Shown one piece after another: positions 20,672 to 31,380 of a stretch of DNA of 64,000 bases. A model generated the notes under the pieces. That model ran no database searches, was not told the DNA's origin, and saw only the letters and a list, made by a program, of their open reading frames with translations. Position 1 is the stretch's first letter. The number at the start of each line of letters is the position of its first letter. This DNA is from an uncultured Alphaproteobacteria bacterium (GTDB lineage Bacteria; Pseudomonadota; Alphaproteobacteria; Thalassobaculales; Thalassobaculaceae): positions 14 to 64,013 of the forward strand of contig CACOPQ010000009.1 in NCBI GenBank assembly GCA_902629125.1. The letters run 5' to 3'. The translations under genes and the position numbers were made by a program.

Positions 20672-21435
20672 TGTTCATAGAGCAACTTCCCTCTTCACTC
20701 GTAGAGATGCCTAAGACTGCCATGATATTAGCGGCGGGTCATGGCCGTCGGATGTTACCTTTAACTGAGAGAATACCAAAGCCAATGTTAGTAATTCTAG
20801 GCAAAACAATATTAGACCGATCTATTGACAATTTATTCGGTGTTGGGGTGACCAAAATCGTAGTAAATGTATCACATTTAGCATCAGTCATTATTGAACA
20901 TATTGGCGCTAGAAAGGATGATAGGATCATCCTTTCAGAAGAGGAGTTACCACTAGAAACGGGTGGTGGCGTCATTAACGCGCTTCCCCACTTGGGGGAA
21001 AAACCCTTTTTTATTATCAATGGCGACAGTGTATGGGTTGATGGGATGAAAAACACCCTACTGCATCTAGCAGAAAAGTGGAATTCTAGTCATATGGATG
21101 CCCTGCTGATGTTAACCCCCACAGCCAAGGCTGCAAATTTTGATGGATTTGGTGATTTTTTTATGAACCAAGATGGCATTTTAAGTAGACGAGAAGAAAA
21201 TATGGTTTCTCCTTTTGCTTACATGGGGCTATCGATAATTAACCCTTTATCCTTTGTGAATACGCCTGAAGGCGCCTTTTCATTAAATTGGTTTTACGAT
21301 GAAGCGATTGCGCGTGAGCGATTAGCGGGAGTTATTCACGATGGACTATGGTATCATATAAGCACTCCTTCCGACTTGGAATTTGCTAGGTTGAAGTTTG
21401 CCAACGGACATGCAAAGAATGCTCCCTTCTTTTAA
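20671..21435 (+). CDS. murU: nucleotidyltransferase, MurU-like (MurNAc-alpha-1-P uridylyltransferase)
   Basis: N-terminal ILAAGHGRRMLPLTERIPKPML sugar-nucleotidyltransferase motif. The start overlaps the amgK stop (TAATG). Confidence 0.65.
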   Translation: MFIEQLPSSLVEMPKTAMILAAGHGRRMLPLTERIPKPMLVILGKTILDRSIDNLFGVGVTKIVVNVSHLASVIIEHIGARKDDRIILSEEELPLETGGGVINALPHLGEKPFFIINGDSVWVDGMKNTLLHLAEKWNSSHMDALLMLTPTAKAANFDGFGDFFMNQDGILSRREENMVSPFAYMGLSIINPLSFVNTPEGAFSLNWFYDEAIARERLAGVIHDGLWYHISTPSDLEFARLKFANGHAKNAPFF

Positions 21436-21443
21436 GGTCAGAT

Positions 21444-24400
21444 ATGTCTAGGCCAAAAGTTTATACGATCGATCCGAACTTTTCTTTCCTTGACGCATTA
21501 GCTGCTGGTTTTCTAAAGAAAATAAGTTTTGATCGGGAAGTACTTGCCCAAAGTATTTTCTTTTTACCAACGCAGCGTTCAGTCGCGAACTTTGCAAGTT
21601 GTATCAAGGGCTTTTTCGATAACAAGACGGTAATCTTACCCACTATCCGACCCTTAGGCGACCTAATGGACGAAGAACTCTTCTTTGGCAACGATATGGA
21701 TTCCTTGAATGTTGAGAATATTAGTCAAAAAAAAGTCATATCGCGACTACGGAGGCGATTACTTTTAACTCAATTGGTAGCGCGTTTCATGGAGCTAGAC
21801 GGCGAAAACCGGGAGAGTAGGGAAGGTATAGGGAATAATTATGCGGGATCCGTTGGCTTAGCAAACGCGTTAGCTGCTATGCTTGACCGGATGCAGATTG
21901 AAGGCATTTCGCTGGACAAACTTGAAAATTTTGTGCCGGAAGAGCATGCTATGCATTGGCAAACCACCTTCAAATTTCTAAAATTACTGATAGAGCATTG
22001 GCCTAAAATTCTTGAAGAAGAAAATCTTGTTGACCCAGCGACGTACACAAATAATTTACTAGAGCATCTTTCAGCAAAATGGGAAACATCTCAACCTGCT
22101 CAATTCATTACAATAGCCGGTTCTACGGGTAGCATGCCAGCCACAGCTGAGCTAATTAAAGTCGTGGCCACATTGAAAAATGGTGCGGTTGTTCTACCGG
22201 GATTAGATCAAAGAGAAGATGAAATATATCGTAAAGTTGTTGTTGAGGACGCAACACATCCTCAACATATGATGTACAGCTTGCTGGACAAACTTGGCAT
22301 TCAAGCAGGTGATGTGCAGGAGTGGCTTTCAACCGCAGGTGCCACTGTTAAAGAGAAGTCGCCAGCTCGTCGTTTTAAATTAATTTCTGAAGCATTATTA
22401 CCTCCTGCTTTATCAGGACGCTGGCGGTCAATAATCAAAGAACCTTTCCCCCAGAAAGATCTTGAGGGCATAATCATAATCGAAGCGGAAGACCAAAGGG
22501 CGGAGGCTGAAACTATTGCCTTGATAATGCGTGAAACGCTAGAGCAAGAAGCGAGATCAGCAGCGCTTATAACAAGCGATAGAAATCTTGCGAGACAGGT
22601 GACTTCAGCCGCAAGGCGCTGGAACCTAAACATTTATGACTCTGCAGGCCAACAATTTTTAAATAATAACTATATTAATTTTTGGCGACTAGTGAGTGAA
22701 ATGGTAGTTCATCAATTGGCGCCAATTCCGCTACTTTCGGCTCTAAAACACCCATTAGCAAATGGCGGGCTGCCTAAGGTAGAATTCAAAAAAAAAGTTA
22801 GTCAGTTAGAACTCTTGTTTTTGAGAGGAGAAAGACCAAAACCCGGTGTTGATGGTTTGTTAGAAGCAATAAATGTTGGGCGGCGTCACAATAAAAACCG
22901 ACAAATCAAAAAAGGCGCTGTCGGTACCTTGTTCATTGATGACTTGTATGAGTGGTTGTTGGAGTTAGCGCCCCTAATCCGAAGTTTTGAACATGCGTTA
23001 AGCAGTGGGTCAAAGACACTGCGGGAAATGTTGACAATTCATCTGGCTTTGGTTGAAAAACTTAGTGGTCCCATTGAACTTAACGGCGAAACCACAGAGA
23101 CTAATAATCAAATTATAAAAATTTTGAACGATTTTTATGAGCAAAGCCAAGATTTCCAAAGAATTGATAGCATATCATACACCTCATTATTCGAAACCGT
23201 TTTATCAGACTTTGTAATTCGGGAAAAATATCAAGAAAAACCAAAATTAGCTATATTTGGGCCACTTGAAGGACGTCTCTCTGAATTTGACCGTATCATC
23301 ATAGGTGGCTTAAACGAGGGTAGTTGGCCGCCAGTTATCCAGCCAGATCCATGGCTAGGCCGCAGCATGCAGGAAGCTTTAGGCTTAATGGATGCGTCAA
23401 GACGGATTGGACAATCAGCTCACGATTTCTTGCAAGCCGTTTGTGCGCCGGAAGTATTTTTAACGCGGTCTCGAAACCAAGCCAATAGTCCAACCACCGC
23501 TTCTCGCTGGCTGTTGCGCCTTTCATCAATATTCAAAGCTATTGGCCAGGATAGAACAATAAAAGAGCGTGGTCAGAAGTGGCAGAACTGGCAAAAATTA
23601 TTGGACCAACCTCAATCGAAAAAGCGTTTTGGTATAGATGCACCGCAACCCAAACCAAGCAGAGAAAAAAGGCCTTGCTCTTTCTCCGTTAGTCAGGTGG
23701 GGATTTGGCTTCGTAATCCTTACGCAATCTATGCAAAAAAAATCCTGAGACTAGAACCATTAGATTCAATTGACCGAATGCCGTCTCCCATCGATCGAGG
23801 GAATTTTATACACCAGGCTTTAGAAAATTTTGTTTCTGAAGGGATCCCAAGTAATAATAATGAGGCTTTAGCATCACTGATTGAAAAAGGTAGAGAAATT
23901 TTTTCCAGGACATTTGAAGATCCAGTTGTTTGGGCATTTTGGTGGCCAAGATTTAAGCGAATAGCTGAGTGGTTTGTGCAGCATGAAGCCAAGGAACGAC
24001 AAAACAGAATTACGTCGCATGTCGAAAAGGAAGGTTTATGGCACTTTATTTTGAATGGTAGGCCAGTACAACTCCGTGCCACCGCTGATCGGATAGACCA
24101 AATGAAAAACGATAAATGGGTTATTATTGATTATAAGACTGGAGCAATACCTTCAAGGCGAGAAGTGGAGGCTGGCTTAGCACCTCAATTACCGCTAGAA
24201 GCCATTATATTAGCTAAGGGTGGGTTTAAAAACCTACCGGCAAAGAAGTGTAAAGAGCTGCAATACTATCATCTGATTGGAGGTAAGGCTTCCGGCAAGG
24301 TTCATTCATTTACTGCAAACACTTTAATCGTCGATGTCGAAAGGGGATTGTTGAAGCTTTTAAATGATTTTGATAACCCAGAGATGCCTTATCTCTATGC

Positions 24401-24470
24401 GCCGGACTATGGAGTGGAACCTGTTTTCGATGATTACGGGCATTTAGCACGTGTCAAAGAATGGCGTTAA
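21444..24470 (+). CDS. addB: double-strand break repair protein AddB (alphaproteobacterial type)
   Basis: About 1000 aa, located upstream of addA, with a C-terminal PD-(D/E)XK block DRIDQ...WVIIDYKTG. No Walker A motif is visible. Confidence 0.85.
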   Translation: MSRPKVYTIDPNFSFLDALAAGFLKKISFDREVLAQSIFFLPTQRSVANFASCIKGFFDNKTVILPTIRPLGDLMDEELFFGNDMDSLNVENISQKKVISRLRRRLLLTQLVARFMELDGENRESREGIGNNYAGSVGLANALAAMLDRMQIEGISLDKLENFVPEEHAMHWQTTFKFLKLLIEHWPKILEEENLVDPATYTNNLLEHLSAKWETSQPAQFITIAGSTGSMPATAELIKVVATLKNGAVVLPGLDQREDEIYRKVVVEDATHPQHMMYSLLDKLGIQAGDVQEWLSTAGATVKEKSPARRFKLISEALLPPALSGRWRSIIKEPFPQKDLEGIIIIEAEDQRAEAETIALIMRETLEQEARSAALITSDRNLARQVTSAARRWNLNIYDSAGQQFLNNNYINFWRLVSEMVVHQLAPIPLLSALKHPLANGGLPKVEFKKKVSQLELLFLRGERPKPGVDGLLEAINVGRRHNKNRQIKKGAVGTLFIDDLYEWLLELAPLIRSFEHALSSGSKTLREMLTIHLALVEKLSGPIELNGETTETNNQIIKILNDFYEQSQDFQRIDSISYTSLFETVLSDFVIREKYQEKPKLAIFGPLEGRLSEFDRIIIGGLNEGSWPPVIQPDPWLGRSMQEALGLMDASRRIGQSAHDFLQAVCAPEVFLTRSRNQANSPTTASRWLLRLSSIFKAIGQDRTIKERGQKWQNWQKLLDQPQSKKRFGIDAPQPKPSREKRPCSFSVSQVGIWLRNPYAIYAKKILRLEPLDSIDRMPSPIDRGNFIHQALENFVSEGIPSNNNEALASLIEKGREIFSRTFEDPVVWAFWWPRFKRIAEWFVQHEAKERQNRITSHVEKEGLWHFILNGRPVQLRATADRIDQMKNDKWVIIDYKTGAIPSRREVEAGLAPQLPLEAIILAKGGFKNLPAKKCKELQYYHLIGGKASGKVHSFTANTLIVDVERGLLKLLNDFDNPEMPYLYAPDYGVEPVFDDYGHLARVKEWR

Positions 24471-24474
24471 TTAT

Positions 24475-27400
24475 ATGAGTTTAGAGCAACAGCATGAAGC
24501 ATCTGACCCCAAGTTTTCTGCGTGGGTGGAGGCGTCTGCTGGTGCAGGAAAAACAAAGATTTTAACCGATCGCGTATTACGTTTATTACTAGCCGGTGTT
24601 TCCCCAGAGCGTATTTTGTGTTTGACCTTTACTAAGGCAGCAGCAGCAGAGATGGCTATGCGGATTACCTCGCGTTTATCCGCATGGTCGCTTGCCAGCG
24701 ATACAACACTTTGTGATGACCTGCTTAGGTTGTCGGGCAAGCGGGTAAAAAAAAATGTATTGGGACGTGCTCGTGGTTTATTTGCTCTTGTTGTCGACTC
24801 TACAGAGAAATTGCAAGTAGAGACTATTCACGGCTTTTGCCAGTCTTTGCTGAGACGTTTCCCTTTAGAGGCAAAACTGTCACCCCAATTCGACGTAATT
24901 GATGATACGATCGCAAAAGAATATATGAAGACAGCTCGGGATTTAATTATTCGAAAAGCTATATCCGAGCAAAATGGTCCATTATCCCATGCCTTTGTCG
25001 AAATAGCAGAAACAATAAACGAGGGTGAATTATCAAACTTGTTGGAAGAAATAATTGGCGAGCAATGTAGGTTTCGAGAAATTTTTGAAGGTTCAGCGAA
25101 CGAAAAAACTTTAAGCAATATTGTTCGAGCTCAATTGAATATAAATTCCCTAGAAACAGAGTCTGAAATAATAAAAGAAGTATCACGTTATGATAGCAAA
25201 ACACTAGCTGAATTCGAAAAGGTTGTATTGATCTTAATGTCGGGAAACCAGTCCGATAGAGCACTAAGCGATGCAATTAAAAACTGGCTCCAAAATAAAA
25301 AACCGAACAGAGCTTCTTTCGAAAATTACAAGTTAGGGTTTTTAACGCAAAAGGGAAGCATCCGAACTAGGCTCGCCTCGGTAAAAATCTTTAAGGAACA
25401 TCCAAGCTTAGAACAAACCCTCACATCTGAAGCATCTCGTCTTATGGCAGTGGATGACAAGCTAAAGTCCTTTGATTTAGTGTCGAGAAATGAAAAACTG
25501 GCATTTGTATCGCAAAGTGTGATGCAGTTGTACACGGAAAATAAAAAAAGTAATGCGGTAATTGACTACGATGATTTGATAACTCTCGCCAATAGGTTAA
25601 TTGCAAATGAGGAAATATCTCCGTGGATTTTGTACAAATTAGACGGAGGGATAGATCATCTTCTATTAGACGAAGCACAAGATACCAATTCCGATCAATG
25701 GAAAATTGTGGAAACGTTAGTAAAAGAGTTCTTCACCGAACAAAACGGGATTGGCAATCTTGGTCCTAGAACTCTATTTGTAGTGGGTGATCCAAAGCAA
25801 TCCATTTTTAGCTTTCAAGGAGCTGACCCCAAGCTTTTTAAAATCAAGCAACAAGCTCTGAAAGAAAGTTTTGAACTGGCAAAAAAACCATGGAAAGAAG
25901 TGAAGCTTGATATCTCATATAGATCTAGTATGGCTGTTCTCAAAGCAGTTGATACCGTTTTTGAGCCAGAGAGTTCGGAATTTTCTTCTATTAAGCATCA
26001 CCCGTTTCGCTCTGGTCAGGCGGGTTTGGTCGAAATATGGCCTCCTGAAGAGCCAGTAGATAGAAAGCCCAGAGACTTTTGGTCGGTACCTAGGAAACAA
26101 ATACATTTCGATGAAGCCAGTATGCGTTTGGCAAAAAAAATAGCCTTTAAAATTTCGAGTTGGATTAAAAGTGGCGAAACACTGGAAAGTAGAGGTCGAG
26201 CAATTGAACCTTGCGACATAATGATATTGCTTCGGCAACGTGGTCATTTTATGGAAGAATTAGTAAATGCTTTGAAACAAAATTTGGTTCCTGTAGCAGG
26301 CGTCGATCGTATGATTTTGACCGATCAATTGGCGGTCATGGACCTACTGGCTTTCGGCAAATTTTTACTACTTCCGGAAGATGACTTAAACTTAGCAAAC
26401 CTCTTAAAAAGTCCTTTTTTGGATATAGATGAAGATGAGTTATTGGAACTCTGTTGGGATAGAGGCGACAGTACCCTCTGGGATACATTGAATAAGAAAT
26501 CCACTTTTAATAGTAAGTTTTCAGTTACTCTTGACTGGTTAAAATATTGGCTGGAACAAAGTCACCACTCATCAACATTTGAGCTTTACTCTGATCTCTT
26601 GAATAAGGGGGGGCGCAGGAAACTTTTAGAGCGTATAGGTGCGGAAGCTGGCGATCCAATTGATCAATTTTTAGCCCAAATTCTTGAATATGACCGTACG
26701 AATGTCCCTACACTCCAAGGTTTTGTAAACTGGTTATCAAATGGCAATCTTGAAATTAAGCGTGATATGGAAGCTGACGGTACTAACAAGGTTCGTATTA
26801 TGACGGTTCATGGCGCTAAAGGACTTCAGGCACCAATTGTATTTTTGCCGGATACGATTAGTAAGCCAAACCAATCCCCAAGAATTGTTTGGAGTAAAGT
26901 AGGCAGCAACCAACAATTCCCGCTTTGGTCACCTAACCAGCAAGCCAACCCTCAAATGATTGAGAAGTTGCGAGAAGCTGAATTGGAGATGAGAGAAAAA
27001 GAATACATCCGGCTACTTTATGTGGCAATGACACGAGCTGAAGACCGCCTTTACATAGGAGGCTGGGGAACCCTCCCAAAGGATGAAGATTCAACTTGGT
27101 ATGGGAAACTAAAAAACCGACTTAAGCCGATAGCTCAAGACGATAACGGTGTATTACGGATCTCGTCAGACCAGGTATCAAGACCAGATAAAATGGACAT
27201 CAGACCGATAATAAAAAAAGATACTCTAGAATTACCGGAATGGGTTCGGGAAGCTCCAAAAGAATTAACTCTTGAAACAGACCGCCTAATCCCCTCAACA
27301 TCAAATCACTTAGGCGACAATCATTTTTTATTCACACCTGAAAAAAAAGATAAATTTTTAAGAGGACGTATCATCCACTCCCTTCTACAAATACTGCCTC

Positions 27401-27849
27401 ATTATGCAACCGAAACACGATGGAATTTAGCCCAAAAATATTTACTGGACGAGTATCCTAAACTCGGCAAAGAGCAAAAGGATGAGTATATAATTTCCGC
27501 GTTGAAAGTGATCAACTTCCCTTGCCTTAGTGAAATTTTTTCGGAAAACGCTTTTGCAGAAGTACCTTTGAATGGCACCGTTCACAAGAATGGGATAGAT
27601 AGAGAAGTGATGGCTAGGGTGGACCGCCTAGTTGTTTTGGATAAAGAGGTGATTATCGCTGATTTTAAAACTGATAAGTGGCCGCCGGAAAAGTTCGATG
27701 ACATAGAAGAGACGTATAAAACCCAGATGAATATTTATTACCAGCTAATCAAAAATATTTATCCAAAGCATATAATTCGTCCTATGCTGATCTGGACTGA
27801 AGGGCCGAAAATCATTGAGTTTCCAGAGAAGTATCTCAGCCAGAGTTAA
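24475..27849 (+). CDS. addA: double-strand break repair helicase-nuclease AddA
   Basis: UvrD-type motifs (ASAGAGKTKIL, LLDEAQDT, VGDPKQSIFSFQGA, TVHGAKGLQAP, YVAMTRAE) plus the C-terminal nuclease motif RVDRL...IIADFKTD. I prefer the ATG at 24475 over the track GTG at 24451, which overlaps addB. Confidence 0.9.
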   Translation: MSLEQQHEASDPKFSAWVEASAGAGKTKILTDRVLRLLLAGVSPERILCLTFTKAAAAEMAMRITSRLSAWSLASDTTLCDDLLRLSGKRVKKNVLGRARGLFALVVDSTEKLQVETIHGFCQSLLRRFPLEAKLSPQFDVIDDTIAKEYMKTARDLIIRKAISEQNGPLSHAFVEIAETINEGELSNLLEEIIGEQCRFREIFEGSANEKTLSNIVRAQLNINSLETESEIIKEVSRYDSKTLAEFEKVVLILMSGNQSDRALSDAIKNWLQNKKPNRASFENYKLGFLTQKGSIRTRLASVKIFKEHPSLEQTLTSEASRLMAVDDKLKSFDLVSRNEKLAFVSQSVMQLYTENKKSNAVIDYDDLITLANRLIANEEISPWILYKLDGGIDHLLLDEAQDTNSDQWKIVETLVKEFFTEQNGIGNLGPRTLFVVGDPKQSIFSFQGADPKLFKIKQQALKESFELAKKPWKEVKLDISYRSSMAVLKAVDTVFEPESSEFSSIKHHPFRSGQAGLVEIWPPEEPVDRKPRDFWSVPRKQIHFDEASMRLAKKIAFKISSWIKSGETLESRGRAIEPCDIMILLRQRGHFMEELVNALKQNLVPVAGVDRMILTDQLAVMDLLAFGKFLLLPEDDLNLANLLKSPFLDIDEDELLELCWDRGDSTLWDTLNKKSTFNSKFSVTLDWLKYWLEQSHHSSTFELYSDLLNKGGRRKLLERIGAEAGDPIDQFLAQILEYDRTNVPTLQGFVNWLSNGNLEIKRDMEADGTNKVRIMTVHGAKGLQAPIVFLPDTISKPNQSPRIVWSKVGSNQQFPLWSPNQQANPQMIEKLREAELEMREKEYIRLLYVAMTRAEDRLYIGGWGTLPKDEDSTWYGKLKNRLKPIAQDDNGVLRISSDQVSRPDKMDIRPIIKKDTLELPEWVREAPKELTLETDRLIPSTSNHLGDNHFLFTPEKKDKFLRGRIIHSLLQILPHYATETRWNLAQKYLLDEYPKLGKEQKDEYIISALKVINFPCLSEIFSENAFAEVPLNGTVHKNGIDREVMARVDRLVVLDKEVIIADFKTDKWPPEKFDDIEETYKTQMNIYYQLIKNIYPKHIIRPMLIWTEGPKIIEFPEKYLSQS

Positions 27850-27938
27850 ATTTGTTTTAATTTAAATTTAAAAAAATTATGCTTCATGATACTTTAAAAG
27901 TGAACTGTAATTTTAAAAAGAGATAGAATGGTATAGCT

Positions 27939-27943
27939 GGAGG
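27939..27943 (+). promoter_or_regulatory. Shine-Dalgarno (GGAGG) of trxA
   Basis: GGAGG lies 5 nt upstream of the ATG at 27949. Confidence 0.6.
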
Positions 27944-27948
27944 TTGTC

Positions 27949-28275
27949 ATGGCGATATTACAGGTTACAGACGAAAGTTTCCAAACTGACGTGTTAGGCG
28001 CAGATAAACCTGTAGTTGTTGATTTCTGGGCTGAGTGGTGCGGGCCCTGTAAGGCTTTAGCTCCGGCTCTTGAGAGCTTGGCCGAAACGATGGACAGTAA
28101 ACTAACAGTTGCTAAAATCAATATTGATGATAACCCGCAGACCCCGTCAGCGTACAACGTTCGGGGTATACCAACATTAATTATATTTCAGGCTGGAGAA
28201 GTAATAGCTACAAAAATCGGAGCATTGTCGCCACACAAGTTGTCAGAGTGGGTAGATGAAGCATTGGAAGGGTAG
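27949..28275 (+). CDS. trxA: thioredoxin
   Basis: WAEWCGPCK active site in a 108-aa protein. Confidence 0.95.
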   Translation: MAILQVTDESFQTDVLGADKPVVVDFWAEWCGPCKALAPALESLAETMDSKLTVAKINIDDNPQTPSAYNVRGIPTLIIFQAGEVIATKIGALSPHKLSEWVDEALEG

Positions 28276-28323
28276 TGGCGCCTTCATATTAGTTATCAAT
28301 TTCATCAAAACGAAACATTAAAT

Positions 28324-29631
28324 TTAATCTCCTAGGCAACTGTTTTCGCGCAAAGCCGCGCCAGCTAAATAGAGGGAACCGCAGATTAATATTCGTCGCT
28401 TTCCACTGGAGTTTAAAATTATATCAGTTATTGCCTGACCGATTCCCTTTGCTGGATATGCTTCTAGTCCGCATTCGATTGCTGCAGTTTCTATTTCTGA
28501 TGCTGATAACGCGTTTGCTTCCCTTGGAATTTCAACAGTTCTGATTGTGTCGATTACATTAGTAAAATACTGTAAAAAATTCTGGGGGCTACGGCTGTTA
28601 AGAGCCCCAAAGATCATGTGAATCGAAATTTCGGGAGAGTCGTCGCGCCAGTCCCTTAATGTTGACGCAATTGCTTTAGCGGCGCCCTGGTTGTGTCCTC
28701 CATCTATCCAAATTTCCACATCTTCGAACAAGTTCCCAATTAAAGCCCCTTCCTTCAATTTCTGTAATCGTGCGGGCCAGTTAATATTCACTAGTCCTAT
28801 GTCAATTTCTTGTGGGCTAACAGGAAATTGACTGTTTAGTAATTTCACGGAAGCCAACGCGCAGCCAGCGTTTTGGATTTGGTGATCACCTAGGAGGTTC
28901 GGTCGAGGGATGATACGACTCTCTGATCCCATCTCAAATATTAACTGCTTGTTTAATGGAGAAATGTTCCAGTCTTCGCCGAAAACATAGGCTGAAGAAC
29001 CTAACTCTAAAGCGCGCCTTTTTATAACATTCAGTGCTTCATTTGTCTGCGGGCCTATAATAGCTGAGACACTGGGTTTTAATATTCCTGCCTTTTCAAA
29101 AGCTATTTTATCAATTGTTTTGCCAAGAAAGTCTTGGTGATCCATTGAAACAGAAGTTATGACTGAAAGCGTTGGGCTTTCAATGATGTTGGTTGCATCG
29201 AAGCGACCGCCTAGTCCGACCTCTAATAATAGCAAATCGGCTGGGTTGCGTGAAAATGCTAACATTGCAGCAGCTGTGGTAATTTCAAAAAAAGTAATAT
29301 TTTCACCCCTATTTGCATTTTCACATTCTATTAAGACTTCCTCTAGATAAGCCTTAGATATCTCACTTCCAGAAACAACAATTCTCTCGGTGAAACTTAC
29401 TAAATGAGGTGATGTGTAAATATGGACCCTGTAACCGGCACTCCTGTATATGGCCGCTAAGGTTGCAACGGTTGATCCCTTGCCATTTGTCCCGGCAACA
29501 TGGATAACGGGAGGCAAGGTTTCTTCTGGGTTTCCGAGCCTGTCTAATAGTTTTTTAAGTCGTGATAGTGATAGGTCTATTAACTTTGGATGGAGCTTTA
29601 GGAGACGCTCCAATATCCTATCAATTGTCAT
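28324..29631 (-). CDS. folC: bifunctional folylpolyglutamate synthase / dihydrofolate synthase
   Basis: Mur-ligase P-loop HVAGTNGKGST with length and order after accD. Confidence 0.9.
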   Translation of the reverse strand: MTIDRILERLLKLHPKLIDLSLSRLKKLLDRLGNPEETLPPVIHVAGTNGKGSTVATLAAIYRSAGYRVHIYTSPHLVSFTERIVVSGSEISKAYLEEVLIECENANRGENITFFEITTAAAMLAFSRNPADLLLLEVGLGGRFDATNIIESPTLSVITSVSMDHQDFLGKTIDKIAFEKAGILKPSVSAIIGPQTNEALNVIKRRALELGSSAYVFGEDWNISPLNKQLIFEMGSESRIIPRPNLLGDHQIQNAGCALASVKLLNSQFPVSPQEIDIGLVNINWPARLQKLKEGALIGNLFEDVEIWIDGGHNQGAAKAIASTLRDWRDDSPEISIHMIFGALNSRSPQNFLQYFTNVIDTIRTVEIPREANALSASEIETAAIECGLEAYPAKGIGQAITDIILNSSGKRRILICGSLYLAGAALRENSCLGD

Positions 29632-29649
29632 TGATTGTTATTCCCCAGT

Positions 29650-30519
29650 TCAGGAACTTAACGTTACATCCCTATTCATAAGAAGGCATAATAATGTCGA
29701 GAGTGTTTTAGGAAGATCGTGCCTTCTAATAACTAAATCGACCATTCCATGATCGAGTAAATACTCAGCGCTTTGAAAACCCTCTGGAAGTTTCTCATGA
29801 ATGGTCTCTTCTATCACACGCTTACCCGCAAAACCAATAATTGCGCCTGGTTCTGCAATGTGGATGTCTCCAAGCATAGCAAAAGAAGCGGTTACACCTC
29901 CCGTAGTAGGGTTTGTGAGAACAACAATAAATGGGAGTTCAGCTTCTTTAATCATCTGAGTAGCAATAATTGTTCTTGGTAGCTGCATCAAAGACAGAAT
30001 TCCTTCTTGCATTCGTGCACCCCCTGAGGATGGGAAAATCACAAGTGGTGCATTTTTATTAATCGCTAACTCAGCTGACTGTATTATAGCGTTACCAACG
30101 GCAGAACCCATAGAGCCTCCCATAAATTCAAAGGAGAATACGGCAGTGATAATTTCTAATCTATTTATTTTGCCGCATGCGAGAGATATAGCATCTTGAA
30201 GTCCTGTTTTGCTTCTAGCCTCTCTAATACGATCTAAATATTTACGTTTATCCCTAAATTTTAGCGGATCGAGAGCTGTCCCGTCGTTAATTGCTATTTC
30301 CTCATAATAACCGCCGTCAAACAGGGCCTTTAAGCGGTTTTTACAAGTAAGTGGCATATGATAGTCGCATCGAGGGCATACTTGAAGATTTTCCTCAAGC
30401 TGCCTGTGAAATACCATTTCATTACAACCTCTACATTTTACCCAAAAGTTTTCGGGTACCTCCTTCGGTTGTACTAATGCTTTGATTCTTGGTAGAACAG
30501 AATTGGTAATCCAGTTCAT
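29650..30519 (-). CDS. accD: acetyl-CoA carboxylase carboxyltransferase subunit beta
   Basis: N-terminal zinc ribbon CRGCNE...CPRCDYH followed by the carboxyltransferase domain ([13 protein letters not shown]). Confidence 0.95.
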   Translation of the reverse strand: MNWITNSVLPRIKALVQPKEVPENFWVKCRGCNEMVFHRQLEENLQVCPRCDYHMPLTCKNRLKALFDGGYYEEIAINDGTALDPLKFRDKRKYLDRIREARSKTGLQDAISLACGKINRLEIITAVFSFEFMGGSMGSAVGNAIIQSAELAINKNAPLVIFPSSGGARMQEGILSLMQLPRTIIATQMIKEAELPFIVVLTNPTTGGVTASFAMLGDIHIAEPGAIIGFAGKRVIEETIHEKLPEGFQSAEYLLDHGMVDLVIRRHDLPKTLSTLLCLLMNRDVTLSS

Positions 30520-30546
30520 AAAATTATGTTGCTCTCTCTAAAAAAG

Positions 30547-31380
30547 TTATTTTCCTCGCACTCCGGCCGCTAGATCTCTAACTAATGACAGAGTAGTCTG
30601 AATTGTCTCAGGTTTTGCCTTTCCATCTGCGTCCAGGCTGTTTGCAATGGCATTTACAACTTCTGAACCAACGATAGCAGCGTCGGCTATTCTGGTGACT
30701 TGTTCCACATGTTTCCGGGTCTTTATGCCGAACCCCACTGCGATAGGTAAGTTTGAATGTTCTTTGAGATTCTCAACCGCGTGCGTCACTAGTTCCACTG
30801 GAACATCTTTGGTTCCAGTTATACCTGTTATAGATACGTAATAAATAAAGCCAGTGGCGTTTTGTAACACAGTCGTTAAGCGTTGGTTGCTTGTAGTGGG
30901 CGCTGTTAGCCTAACGAATGGTAAATTACATTCTTTTGCAGGTATACAGAGCTCTTCATCTTCTTCAGGAGGAAGGTCAACAACAATTAGACCATCTGCT
31001 CCAGCTTTGATTACCTCAGTTAAAAATTTTTGGATGCCGAAGTTATATATGGGATTATAGTATCCCATCAAAATAATTGGCGTAAAATTATTTTTCTCGC
31101 GGAACAGCTTTACCATATCCAATGTTTTCTTTAATGAGCCTCCGGCTTCTAAAGCTCTTTTGCTTGAAGCTTGTATCGCGGGACCATCTGCCATGGGATC
31201 GGAAAATGGCATGCCGAATTCTATCATATCAGCACCTTCTTCCGGTAAACCCTCCATAATTTTTAGCGAAGTGTCAAAATCCGGGTCGCCGGCAGTGATA
31301 AAAATGCCAAGAGCGGAAGCACTTTTTGATCTTAACTTTGCAAAAAGAACGTTTAGACGATCACTGGTGTACTTTGTCAC
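30547..31380 (-). CDS. trpA: tryptophan synthase alpha chain
   Basis: [18 protein letters not shown] motif; 4-nt overlap with trpB. Confidence 0.95.
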   Translation of the reverse strand: MTKYTSDRLNVLFAKLRSKSASALGIFITAGDPDFDTSLKIMEGLPEEGADMIEFGMPFSDPMADGPAIQASSKRALEAGGSLKKTLDMVKLFREKNNFTPIILMGYYNPIYNFGIQKFLTEVIKAGADGLIVVDLPPEEDEELCIPAKECNLPFVRLTAPTTSNQRLTTVLQNATGFIYYVSITGITGTKDVPVELVTHAVENLKEHSNLPIAVGFGIKTRKHVEQVTRIADAAIVGSEVVNAIANSLDADGKAKPETIQTTLSLVRDLAAGVRGK

